A stretch of 64,000 bases of DNA. Source: an uncultured Chloroflexia bacterium (GTDB lineage: Bacteria; Chloroflexota; Chloroflexia; QHBQ01; JADMIH01). This document shows, in pieces, positions 30,125 through 39,126 of this stretch. Positions within the stretch are counted from its first letter, which is position 1, and every line of letters begins with the position of its first letter. The stretch lies in the NCBI GenBank assembly GCA_963797095.1, contig CAWCNY010000003.1, forward strand, positions 672,001-736,000, read 5' to 3'. The notes under the pieces are model-generated. The model saw only the letters and a program-made list of their open reading frames with translations, had not been told where the DNA came from and did no database searches. The translations under genes and the position numbers were made by a program.

Positions 30125-31591
30125 CTACCTCACCAACTGTGTGGCGACAGGATTGGGCGTATCCGTGGCCGTAGGCGGCTCCATATTCACCTCTGTAGCC
30201 GTGGCCGTGGCCGTAGGCGGCTCCATATTCACCTCTGTAGCCGTGGCCGTAGCTGTTTCCATGTTCACCTCGGTCTCTGTAGGCGGAGGTGTCAGTTCGT
30301 TCGCGCTGGTGGGTGTAGCCGTCGCGGTCTCCGGCGTGCCTGTAGCCTCAACGGTTTCGGTAGTCTCAGGCGTGCCTGTAGCGCCGGGGGTGCTCGGAAG
30401 CGCCGTGCCCGTTGGCGCGGGCATAGGCGGCGTAGGAGTGGTGATAACATCGGCTGGGCAGTAGCCGTAGTTGCGGTAACGCCAGTCGAAGTAGTGCTGG
30501 CCGATGTTAGCCATCTCAACCTGGAACCCTGCCTGGTTGCTCGGCACATAAGTAAGTGCGCGCCGCTCGTAAGCCTGGATCATGACATCAGTTAGCTGGC
30601 CCTGGATGGTGGCCTTCGCCCAGTAAGGCTCGCTGATCGGGTAGCCCGAAGCGTAGTTCCAGGGATTGATCAGTTGCTCTGTAACGATCTGGCCCTGGTC
30701 GTTCTTGACAGGCCCTGACGAGTTCAAGAAGTCCCAGAACACCTGCGGTATGTTGTGCTGGGTGGCAGGCTCGAAGTGGACGAGCTTCACGCCTGGCACA
30801 TTGGCCTTGGATGGGTCGTTGCCCACATTGCCAACCCGGTCTATCGTATCCGTGGCACTCTGGCCCGTGCGATCAGGCGCGTCATGGTCGCCTGCCTGCG
30901 TATTCGACACGCCCTGGAAAGCGTAGTAAGTAGGGGCGGTCGTGTCGCCGAAGTCGCCCGACATCGGGATACAGGCCGGGCGATATTTGACAAAGTCGTT
31001 GTCGCCGACCTGGATGTACCCGCTGATAAGTTCCACCGTCAGCAGGCCGTTCGTAACAAAGAAGGACTGGCTGCGGTCGCCTTGTGGGTTATTAATCTCC
31101 ATCCGGCTCTTGTCGAAATACTGGACAAGACGCTGGCTGTCTGCGCCCTGGTTGTACTGCTCAAGCAAGCCGGGGGTGTTAGGTCCTGGACCCCAGAACC
31201 ATGTGCGTGCAATGCGGCCCTCGGCCACCAGCGAGTCTGTGCGATCCCATACTCTCCTGAAAGCAGAATCGGCGAATGGGAAATCACCCGTGCCGCCTGG
31301 CTCGTATACCGCGGATGGAACGGAAACGGTGGGCACCTCGCGCGTATTCGTAGCGACCATTGTGCTCGTAACTGTAGCCGTACCGGTCATTATAGACGTC
31401 TCGCTTGCCATCGGCGTGAGAGTCTCCGTAATCATAGCCGTGCTGCCTGCTGTGCTCGTTTCAGCCTGGGTTACTGTTACCCCGGGCGTGGGCGTTTGCG
31501 CAAGGGCTGCCGCGCCAAACACCAGCGCAGCCGCTCCGAAAGTGGTTGCGGCTGCAAGCCACTTCCTGGCTCTGTGTTGATTGTCGATCAT
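30125..31591 (-). CDS. Secreted Thr/Pro-rich cell-surface protein with a Chloroflexota-type domain and C-terminal repeats
   Basis: Signal peptide ending ALA; RTWFWGP, QYFDKSRMEI, VTNGLL, GYPISEPYW, QAYERR; TATATEVNMEPP repeats. Confidence 0.8.
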   Translation of the reverse strand: MIDNQHRARKWLAAATTFGAAALVFGAAALAQTPTPGVTVTQAETSTAGSTAMITETLTPMASETSIMTGTATVTSTMVATNTREVPTVSVPSAVYEPGGTGDFPFADSAFRRVWDRTDSLVAEGRIARTWFWGPGPNTPGLLEQYNQGADSQRLVQYFDKSRMEINNPQGDRSQSFFVTNGLLTVELISGYIQVGDNDFVKYRPACIPMSGDFGDTTAPTYYAFQGVSNTQAGDHDAPDRTGQSATDTIDRVGNVGNDPSKANVPGVKLVHFEPATQHNIPQVFWDFLNSSGPVKNDQGQIVTEQLINPWNYASGYPISEPYWAKATIQGQLTDVMIQAYERRALTYVPSNQAGFQVEMANIGQHYFDWRYRNYGYCPADVITTPTPPMPAPTGTALPSTPGATGTPETTETVEATGTPETATATPTSANELTPPPTETEVNMETATATATEVNMEPPTATATATEVNMEPPTATDTPNPVATQLVR

Positions 31592-31721
31592 GCTCTGATA
31601 TCCTCCTTAAAGCGTTGTGCTTGGTAGCTTTCGTTCTTGTACACCACCGAGAAGGCGTACCATGATGCCGCTCCTTTACCATGGTTTCGTCACGCCCCTC
31701 GATGGGTCAGAGATAGCAAGA

Positions 31722-31737
31722 AGCAGGTTTTGTGCCA
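31722..31737 (-). promoter_or_regulatory. Candidate sigma54 promoter
   Basis: Minus strand TGGCAC-AAAAC-CTGCT, about 130 nt before ATG at 31591. Confidence 0.55.
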
Positions 31738-31949
31738 CGTGCAGGGGTGCTATGCTCAGCACCACTACAACAAAAACCCAAGGATACGCAATTTGCCGTA
31801 GCAAAAATAACAGCCCGAATTACAATAGAATGGCTAAAGCCATGCCCATTCATGGGCTGTGGTCAGGCGCGAATAAGGTGGGTCAAGTGTGTGGTTGCTC
31901 ATATTCGCGTTTGCACAGTGTGTACTATCTCTAGTCCTGACAGCATAAC

Positions 31950-31968
31950 AGCACATATGTGCTATAAT
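31950..31968 (+). promoter_or_regulatory. LexA-like palindrome overlapping an extended -10
   Basis: AGCACATATGTGCT overlapping TGcTATAAT. Confidence 0.45.
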
Positions 31969-32055
31969 GGACGTCTGCCGGACTACACTCTCCAGCGTAA
32001 TGAGTAATGAGTAATGAGTGCCATGAGTGCTTCGCAGGCGTGCAATCTGCTTCAA

Positions 32056-32099
32056 AAGAAGAGCGAAATTGGCGGCTAGCCGCCAATTTCGCTCTTCTT
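32056..32099. terminator. Bidirectional terminator
   Basis: AAGAAGAGCGAAATTGGCGG-CTAG-CCGCCAATTTCGCTCTTCTT. Confidence 0.75.
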
Positions 32100-32146
32100 A
32101 GAACGCCCCTCCCCAAGATTTGGGGGGTTGGGGTGGGGGCTTTGGT

Positions 32147-32968
32147 CTAAAACGACAGCAATTGAACGTTACCGAACGCGGTCGTGCACCTTATATTGAG
32201 TACCGGCAACGTCCCTTCAAAAGCGGCCCTCGTCCAAATAGCCCCCTCCTGCCGGACAAAACCCGCATCCATATTCGGGTTTCCCAATATGCTTTCAGTG
32301 GTCAACTTGACCGCTGTAGTAACCGGGAACCTTAGCTCAACACCCGAAACAGCGGACGAAATGAGCGCAGACGCCTCTTGACGCAACTCCCCGCCAAAGT
32401 GCAGTTTGTAGCTCGCCGCACCGCCATCCACATGCAGATAGACGAAGTTCGCGTTCAGCAGGTTGGTTGCATCGATGCTGCCCGCCCCCACCGTCAGCTT
32501 GAGCAGGCTCATCGGCTGCGGGTTAGGGCGCGAGAAATCAAGCCTCATAGCGCCCGCGCCGTCCGTGATCTCCAGCCTCGTGATGGGCAACCCTCCCAGG
32601 TCGATATAGTTCCCGCCGGCTGCCGCCTCGATTGCGAGGGCATAAGGGAACTTCCCTCCCAGCACCAGGTCGAGTTTGGGCGTGCCGGCAAAGAGATCAA
32701 ACACGTCAAGCATGTTCTCACCGATCACGATCCTGGTGATATCGCCATCTGCTTCGACATGCATAGGAATCCGCCCGCTTGGGTCCTGATAACTCCCTGT
32801 TACCCACATCGTGCCAGGAACCTCCGACGGCTCCTGCCTGATATTGAGCCTGCAAGCGCCCGCCGAGATCTTCAAGTGCGGCATATGGCCTTCCGGCAAC
32901 TGGCGATATTCGATATTTATGGGGGTTGCGGCTCTGGGTTCGATAACTGTAGGCTGCGTGGTTTGCAT
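32147..32968 (-). CDS. Hypothetical beta-solenoid-like protein (possibly LiaF/DUF2154 or toast-rack type)
   Basis: Repeating beta motifs LDLVLG, IDLGGLPITRLEI, GAGAMRLDFS, GAGSI, GGAASYKLHFGG; AGGAG RBS. Confidence 0.7.
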   Translation of the reverse strand: MQTTQPTVIEPRAATPINIEYRQLPEGHMPHLKISAGACRLNIRQEPSEVPGTMWVTGSYQDPSGRIPMHVEADGDITRIVIGENMLDVFDLFAGTPKLDLVLGGKFPYALAIEAAAGGNYIDLGGLPITRLEITDGAGAMRLDFSRPNPQPMSLLKLTVGAGSIDATNLLNANFVYLHVDGGAASYKLHFGGELRQEASALISSAVSGVELRFPVTTAVKLTTESILGNPNMDAGFVRQEGAIWTRAAFEGTLPVLNIRCTTAFGNVQLLSF

Positions 32969-33039
32969 TGTTTTTCTCCTTACCTTTGATCTGATCACCC
33001 GATATCCAGACTTCACCCGTCAATTGGAGAACCGAACAC

Positions 33040-33177
33040 AAAAAATCGGCCTGAATGGAGGCCGGTTTCACTATTGGGTCGCGGGGGTTCAAGTGACCAC
33101 ATACGAACCCCAGGTCATACCCGCCGAACGGTGTGTTCAGTTAGGAGGAGCAACTGGACTCCTCCGACTATATTGTA
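33040..33177 (-). promoter_or_regulatory. Leader with a 12-codon uORF and an intrinsic terminator (candidate attenuator)
   Basis: -10 TACAAT at 33177-33172; GGAGGAG RBS; TTG uORF 33153-33115 (MLLLTEHTVRRV); terminator CGGCCT-CCATTC-AGGCCG-ATTTTTT. Confidence 0.5.
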
Positions 33178-33356
33178 AGGGTCAAGAATCTGAAGCAGGG
33201 TGTACAGAGGTTACAATTTAGTGACAGCCCAGGCCTGGGCTGTCACCCCACCCAACTCCGAAAGAGCCTCGCAAACAAAGGGCCAAACACCCCCCAAAAC
33301 CAAATCCGCCCAACGCCCGCTACCGACCATCCACCCTCACTCGTCACCCGTCACTC

Positions 33357-34865
33357 TCACCTCAAAGTAGAGGGCATAATCCCCAGTTGCGCGCGATACT
33401 TAGCAACCGTGCGCCGAGCGATACGAATCCCCTGGTCCTGTAGCCGAATGACGATCTCATTGTCGGTCATGGGGCGCGCCTCTTTAGTAACCAGCTCCTT
33501 AATCACATCCTTGATCGACAGAGACGCCGAGAAGAAATCGCTGAACGGAATCACGCGCTTGTCCGGCAACATCAAATACTTATCGGCTGTAGCCCTGCTG
33601 ATCGTACTTTCGTGAAGCCCCAGGTACTGGGCCACCTGGGCGCGCGTGAGAGGCTGTAGGAACCGCACCCCATGCCTGATGAAATCCTCCTGTAGCTCGA
33701 TCAAACAGTTAGTCACCCTGAGGAGCGTCTCATGACGCTGGTTAATGCTCGAAATAAAAAGCTTCGCCTGGTTGACGTAGTGCTTGATATGCTCGCGGTC
33801 CCCCTGAGACATAGCCGCCGTACCACCTGCACTCGCGAGACCGTTTGCGCTATGCCCGTTATCGCCGCTCTTCCCATCCCCCGCCAACTGCTGGTAAATA
33901 GGGTTCATCCGCAAGCTGAACCTGTACTTCTCCACCACCTCAGCCTCCAGCCTACCTTCGCGCTCGCGCACAATCACGTCAGGCAGCACAAAATTGGTGG
34001 TTGAAGGAGCGCTCCAGGTACGCGCCTGCGCCAGGTCGATTGGAGGTCGCGGCTGCAAATGAGCTTTGATGAAATCATGCACCACTACCACATCGTCATG
34101 TGTGCACCCAATCGCATGTGCAATCGCCGTATACTTGTGCTCGCCAACCTCTCTCAGATGGTCTTTGATAACCGCCTCAACATACGGAGGTATCTCCAAT
34201 ACCTCGCCTTCAGCCTCCAACTCGTGCAGTTGTATAAGAAGGCACTCACACAGGTCGCGTGCTCCCACGCCCACCGGGCCGGCGTTCTGCAGAATATCGA
34301 GCACAACCTCCACCCGTTCTACACTTACGCCCACAGCATTCGCGGCAGCTTCCACGCTGCACTTCAAAAATCCATGCTCATCCAGGCTGCCGACCAGGTA
34401 GCGAGCCACCGGATGGTCCTCTTCAGGGAGAGATGCCAACAGGTCGCTAAGTAGGTCGTCATAGATATTGTCCCGCGAGGCAACCAGCGTAAGCGGGTCG
34501 AAATCCTCATCGGCAACCGACCTGGTGGCACGCATACCGTCCCTGAAGCCGCGCAAATCGTCAAAATCGAAATCATCATCAGCCTTCCTGCGCCCATCGG
34601 CTTCCGGGCCGGCATTCGCCGCGCCCGGATAGACCGGCTGCGAGCACACAGGGCAAAACCGCCCTGTTGTGCCTGCCCCACAATTGGTGCACACCGACGC
34701 TTCCACGCTTTCCAGGGCGGGGTTCTGTTCAAGCTCGATGTGTACCATCTGCTGTAGCTCCAATGAAGAGACGGCCAGCAAGCTGTTCACCATAATCAGC
34801 GTGGGTGACACACGTAATGACTGCTCCGGAGCCATGTATACTTGCATATCCATGTTGGTGTCCAT
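33357..34865 (-). CDS. rpoN: RNA polymerase sigma-54 factor
   Basis: ELEQNPALE, SLDEHGFL, PVGVGARDLCECLLIQL, LHESTISRA, RpoN box ARRTVAKYR. Confidence 0.95.
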   Translation of the reverse strand: MDTNMDMQVYMAPEQSLRVSPTLIMVNSLLAVSSLELQQMVHIELEQNPALESVEASVCTNCGAGTTGRFCPVCSQPVYPGAANAGPEADGRRKADDDFDFDDLRGFRDGMRATRSVADEDFDPLTLVASRDNIYDDLLSDLLASLPEEDHPVARYLVGSLDEHGFLKCSVEAAANAVGVSVERVEVVLDILQNAGPVGVGARDLCECLLIQLHELEAEGEVLEIPPYVEAVIKDHLREVGEHKYTAIAHAIGCTHDDVVVVHDFIKAHLQPRPPIDLAQARTWSAPSTTNFVLPDVIVREREGRLEAEVVEKYRFSLRMNPIYQQLAGDGKSGDNGHSANGLASAGGTAAMSQGDREHIKHYVNQAKLFISSINQRHETLLRVTNCLIELQEDFIRHGVRFLQPLTRAQVAQYLGLHESTISRATADKYLMLPDKRVIPFSDFFSASLSIKDVIKELVTKEARPMTDNEIVIRLQDQGIRIARRTVAKYRAQLGIMPSTLR

Positions 34866-34938
34866 CGAGGTGTGTCCTCCTTAATTCCTGTTTCCGGCGT
34901 CAGACGGCAGACCGTTAGCCATCGCCATCCGGCGCAAT

Positions 34939-36318
34939 TCAATCGAATATGGGTTTCTCTATACCAAGCGCTGCGTAAGCCCGGTCCTGGTCATCGTTTG
35001 CCGCTTCCATCGCCTGGGCGATTGCCAGCCGCTCCACTCGCCGCAAGATTTCATTCATACTCACGCCATCACGAACCAGTTGCGCAACATCCACCAGCGA
35101 CCTATCGATCAGGTTTGATGCAAGGATATGCGCGCTCGTGATGATCCCGCCTTTGGAGAGCACCACCGCCCTCTGGATTGAGTTCTCAAGCTCGCGCACG
35201 TTGCCCGGCCAATCGTACTCCATCAACCTCTGCATAGCCTCTTCCGAGATGCGGGCGGGCGTAGCCGTCTGGCTGTAGCGGTGCTTATCCAGAAAGTGCT
35301 CCACCAGCAGCGGTATGTCTTCTTTGCGCCTCCGCAGCGGCGGCAGATCGATTGTGACCACGTTCAACCTGTAATACAGGTCTTCTCGAAAACGTCCCGC
35401 CTCCACCTCATCACGCAGGTCGCGGTTGGTGGCCGCGATCACGCGCACGTCAACCTTGATCGGGATCGACCCACCCACCCGCTCGAACTCGCGCTCCTGC
35501 AACACGCGCAGCAACTTGCGTTGCGTGCTCAGCGTCATCTCACCTATCTCATCCAGAAATATGGTCCCTTTGTTAGCCAACTCAAAGCGGCCCTTCCGCT
35601 GGGTAACAGCGTTCGTAAAAGCGCCCTTTTCATGCCCGAAAAGCTCAGTCTCAAGGAGCGTCTCAGGCAGCGCGGCGCAGTTCACCTTGACCAACGGGCC
35701 GCCCCTGTAAGTCGAATAGGCATGCACTATATTGGCGACCAACTCCTTGCCTGTGCCCGTCTCGCCCGTAACCAGCACCGTAGCATCCGTGCCCGCCGAC
35801 CGCCCGACCAGCCGGTACACCTCGTACATAGCGGGCGAGCCTCCAATGATCTGGTCCTGCGGCCTCCGGTTTGCCCCGGCAACAGCAGACGGTGGGCTTG
35901 CAGGATCGACCTGCGACCGCAACGCGCGCACCTCTTCCTTCAGCCGTTGCGTCTCGAAGAAGTGATGCACTTGCTGGAGAATGTCGTCTAACTCGAAAGG
36001 CTTGCCGATAAAACCATACGCACCCAGCGAAGAAGCCTGGATAGCTATGTTAGGAGACCCATGCGCCGTGATCAATATCACCGGCAACTCCCCTTGCTGG
36101 TTCCGTAGCTCCTTAAGCACATCGAGACCCGACATGCCGGGCAACTGAAGATCGAGCAAAACAAGCGCGTGCTTGCCCGCCTTGAGGCTTTCCAGGGCCT
36201 GCTCCCCGGTGGTCGCCTCCGAAACTACATATTCGTCACCGAGGATCTCTGTAAGAAGCTCGCGAATGGCGGGATCGTCGTCCGCAACCAGAATCTGCGA
36301 GTCACTTCTATTGGTCAT
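34939..36318 (-). CDS. Sigma54-dependent response regulator (NtrC/AtoC-type enhancer-binding protein)
   Basis: Receiver domain (ADDD, LLDLQLP, GKPF); GETGTGKE, GAFTNA, FLDEIG, FREDLYYRL, WPGNVREL. Confidence 0.95.
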   Translation of the reverse strand: MTNRSDSQILVADDDPAIRELLTEILGDEYVVSEATTGEQALESLKAGKHALVLLDLQLPGMSGLDVLKELRNQQGELPVILITAHGSPNIAIQASSLGAYGFIGKPFELDDILQQVHHFFETQRLKEEVRALRSQVDPASPPSAVAGANRRPQDQIIGGSPAMYEVYRLVGRSAGTDATVLVTGETGTGKELVANIVHAYSTYRGGPLVKVNCAALPETLLETELFGHEKGAFTNAVTQRKGRFELANKGTIFLDEIGEMTLSTQRKLLRVLQEREFERVGGSIPIKVDVRVIAATNRDLRDEVEAGRFREDLYYRLNVVTIDLPPLRRRKEDIPLLVEHFLDKHRYSQTATPARISEEAMQRLMEYDWPGNVRELENSIQRAVVLSKGGIITSAHILASNLIDRSLVDVAQLVRDGVSMNEILRRVERLAIAQAMEAANDDQDRAYAALGIEKPIFD

Positions 36319-36405
36319 TGGTGCTCACTTTCATCGCAAGGACAAATACCTAACCTTCTCTGCTTCTTGGCGGGCCTAAAAGCAGAGCGTCAAAAACCCG
36401 TTAAT

Positions 36406-36460
36406 AGCAAGAAGTATGCCAGGGCTTCACGTACGTAAACTGTATGGCACGCTTCTTGCT
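36406..36460. promoter_or_regulatory. Back-to-back divergent sigma54 promoters
   Basis: Minus strand TGGCAT-ACTTC-TTGCT (36421-36406); plus strand TGGCAC-GCTTC-TTGCT (36445-36460). Confidence 0.8.
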
Positions 36461-36503
36461 TCTCCTCCCCCATAACGGTGAATCAGGAGGGGAGTCTAAA
36501 TCA

Positions 36504-36668
36504 ATGCTCAAATCAGTGCGTATTGCAATCAAATACATGACGCTAGGCCTGCTGGCGGGTGTCATTCTCGCTCCACGCAAGGGAGAAGAGACTCGGCGGC
36601 TCGTAACTCAAAGGACTAAGCAATTAATACAGGAAGTGGTCACTGCTGACAAGGGTGCATTGGCATAA
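36504..36668 (+). CDS. YtxH-like small protein
   Basis: GLLAGVILAPRKGEETR matches the YtxH motif LxAPxxGxETR. Confidence 0.7.
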   Translation: MLKSVRIAIKYMTLGLLAGVILAPRKGEETRRLVTQRTKQLIQEVVTADKGALA

Positions 36669-36689
36669 TCGTAATGCGCCATGCGTAAA

Positions 36690-36768
36690 GACGAAGGACG
36701 AGGGACGAGGGACGAAGGACGAAAAAAGCCAAATAAGCAATAGTCACCCGTCACCCGTCACTCGTCCA
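36690..36768. repeat. Heptamer arrays GACGA(A/G)G x5 and GTCAC(C/T)C x3
   Basis: Read directly from the sequence. Confidence 0.8.
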
Positions 36769-36793
36769 CAAAGGAGACAAAGGAGACAAAAAC

Positions 36794-37069
36794 ATGCTGA
36801 TGAACATACTCGGTTGGCTCATAATCGGGCTGCTTGCCGGGCTGGTGGCAGGCCTGATCATGAGAGGAGGTGGATACGGCCTGGTTGGCGACATCGTTAT
36901 CGGCCTGCTCGGCGCGGTCATCGGTGGGTTCCTCGCCGCGGCGCTCGGCCTGGGCGGTCTGAACACAAACGACCCCATAAGCTGGGGCAGTTTCTTCATT
37001 GCTCTGCTGGGCGCAGTCGTCTTGATAGCGGTCCTCAGGCTATTATCAGGCAGCCGGGCACGTATCTGA
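36794..37069 (+). CDS. GlsB/YeaQ/YmgE-family stress-response membrane protein
   Basis: WLIIGLLAGLVAGLIM..GDIVIGLLGAVIGG..ALLGAVVLI. Confidence 0.9.
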   Translation: MLMNILGWLIIGLLAGLVAGLIMRGGGYGLVGDIVIGLLGAVIGGFLAAALGLGGLNTNDPISWGSFFIALLGAVVLIAVLRLLSGSRARI

Positions 37070-37265
37070 GAGTACAGAATGGCTGTTCAAACAGTTGCCG
37101 GTGTGAAGCAAAGCGCCGCCACCCCGGCTGTGGGTTTTGCTCGCACCGGCAAACTGCAAGCTACAAGCTACATCCCGCCTTACACGCTCTGATGAGTCGT
37201 AGGTTGTAGATCTTATTAGCAACACTATTCAGGGCGCAATGTAACGTTTCAGATGGGAGACAACC

Positions 37266-37676
37266 GTGAAATCGATCCTCGTAATAGAGGACAACGCTTT
37301 GCTTGCCGACCTCATTGCGGAAGTGCTCCAGGAAGAAGGTTACGATGTCGAAGTAGCCGCAGATGGACAAGAGGGGCTTAATAAACTACCGGAAATGAAA
37401 CCGGATTTGGTAATCACCGATCTCATGATGCCACATTTGAGCGGTGACGAGGTATGTAACGTCATACAGGCAGACCCTCAGTTCCGCTCGGTACCTGTAG
37501 TAATGATGAGCTCCAGGCAGGAAGAGTCGATGAAGGTCAAATGCAAGTACGATGCGTTCTTGCCCAAGCCTTTCGACCTTCAATTCTTCCTGGGATTGGT
37601 TAAGCAATTGATGGAGGCCACACAAAATGTAGACGCGCCTGCTCAACTTGGCAGGCATCTCGAATTGCCGTCTTAG
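37266..37676 (+). CDS. Single-domain response regulator (receiver)
   Basis: ILVIEDN, PDLVITDLMMP, FLPKPF. Confidence 0.9.
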   Translation: MKSILVIEDNALLADLIAEVLQEEGYDVEVAADGQEGLNKLPEMKPDLVITDLMMPHLSGDEVCNVIQADPQFRSVPVVMMSSRQEESMKVKCKYDAFLPKPFDLQFFLGLVKQLMEATQNVDAPAQLGRHLELPS

Positions 37677-37689
37677 CGTGCCCCTTGTC

Positions 37690-38703
37690 CTACTTCTCAA
37701 CCACCGAGCGTATTACCATACCACCCACTTTGGACGAAAGGTAGGTGGCCGGATGGTGCCCCGCGAAGAGATTGGTCACAGAGGGTGGCCGAGGCTTGCC
37801 GGTATCAATGTCCTCCACCCGCCGCGAGTCATAACGCGATTGCGGCTTATAAAGAGGCGACAACAAGTTCGGTGATGCCACGCTATCCGCGCTATTGTAC
37901 AGGTTGATCCACCTTGGAAGTCGAGAAGGGAAAAGTAGCATACCTTCATCCATCTCATCATCCAGGTCAAGCACTTCAGCAAGCGCGACGCGCACGATCT
38001 CCAGGCCCAGCGGAGAACCCAGCGTTACCAGGCAGCGCACCGGCAAATCGGGATAGCGCATCAATAGCTCATAACAGGTAATCGAGCCTAGCCCATGCGC
38101 CAGCAGCACCACTTCCTCGTGCTTTCCCTCGATCTCAACGGCCAATCGTGACAGCAACATCTCACGAAGATCAGGCTCTGTCAGATAGCTCGCAACCGTA
38201 GTGGCGAAGTTCCACAGCACACCTTTGGCCGCCACCCCAGGCATATTCCTCTCCATCTCGGCCAAAAGCGTCGCCAGAGTAGGATTAGTCAGCACATAAT
38301 CGGCCCGTATCCCTCTAATAGGGATCCGCGCGCTTGCCAGCAGTTCGAGCGCCAGCCCCACCTCGATCTCAGCGTGAGAAGGATCACCCACTGTATCGAG
38401 TGGATATAGCTGCATGAACGGCCCAAACCTGTCCAGTTTCCTTATCGGGTCGCCCCATCGCAAACCCGCCTCATGGGCCTGCCACAGGTCGCCGTAGAAA
38501 GCAAATCTGAACGGTATCGTCAGCGCATAGTCGGCCCCAACCCGGTCCAATCCTATGCGGGTCGCGTTCTCATATTGGTCTGCCAATTCCAGGCCGCTAT
38601 CGGTCGGGTCCTCCATGCCATGAACGCCTACCAGACAGGCAGTCCGCCGTCTGCTCTCCATGCCATAAAGGACCGTGCTAAGGCTTGATGCTGGTATGAA
38701 CAT
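37690..38703 (-). CDS. Alpha/beta-hydrolase-fold protein with the nucleophile Ser replaced by Gly
   Basis: VGVHG, AFYGDL, LLAHGLGS, LVTLGSPLG, WINLYNSADSVA, HHPATYL. Confidence 0.7.
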   Translation of the reverse strand: MFIPASSLSTVLYGMESRRRTACLVGVHGMEDPTDSGLELADQYENATRIGLDRVGADYALTIPFRFAFYGDLWQAHEAGLRWGDPIRKLDRFGPFMQLYPLDTVGDPSHAEIEVGLALELLASARIPIRGIRADYVLTNPTLATLLAEMERNMPGVAAKGVLWNFATTVASYLTEPDLREMLLSRLAVEIEGKHEEVVLLAHGLGSITCYELLMRYPDLPVRCLVTLGSPLGLEIVRVALAEVLDLDDEMDEGMLLFPSRLPRWINLYNSADSVASPNLLSPLYKPQSRYDSRRVEDIDTGKPRPPSVTNLFAGHHPATYLSSKVGGMVIRSVVEK

Positions 38704-39066
38704 TATCGGAGGTCCTCTCGCTCAGTAAAATCCGGCAAATCGCGTCATAAAAACGCCGGTGTCACCATTGCCGCCCATAGGCACAAGGGAGCACCGTGGG
38801 CTGGTAAGGTTGTTCTCATTGCAAGTGCGTTTGTGTGATGGTAGTCGTGTATGGTAATGAGGTCGACTGCATTGCCTTCTTGCTAGGATTGAACAGGCGA
38901 CTGAGCTTGACCTCCATGGTAGCTGGTAGCCCGAGAAGCATTGTACGCAACAACCCCGACTTCACAGAATCGGGTTCGTTACCCTCTGAAATGCACACCG
39001 CCTGCATTTTACTCATCGAGCCTACTGATTATGATTATCGACACGCTTTGTGTTATCGATACATAG

Positions 39067-39113
39067 ATTATGCCCCTAAACACGCACAAGCGGTTGTCAC
39101 AAAAAGTGTCACA
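39067..39113 (-). promoter_or_regulatory. Direct-repeat operator plus -10 (copy 1)
   Basis: TGTGACACTTTTTGTGACA-N22-CATAAT. Confidence 0.6.
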
Positions 39114-39126
39114 GGCCACAAAACTG

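Noticed and set aside
30160-30275. 42-bp direct repeats
   Set aside because: In-frame coding repeats (TATATEVNMEPP) of the surface protein
33126-33138. GAAC...GTTC as a LexA box
   Set aside because: Spacer is 5 nt rather than 4
36661-36678. TGGCAT...TGC as a sigma54 promoter
   Set aside because: GG to GC spacing is not 10 nt
38816-39016. 66-aa Ser/Thr-tailed ORF as a third precursor
   Set aside because: It follows operator copy 1 but has no leader homology, no Cys in the tail and a weak RBS; not supportable as a feature
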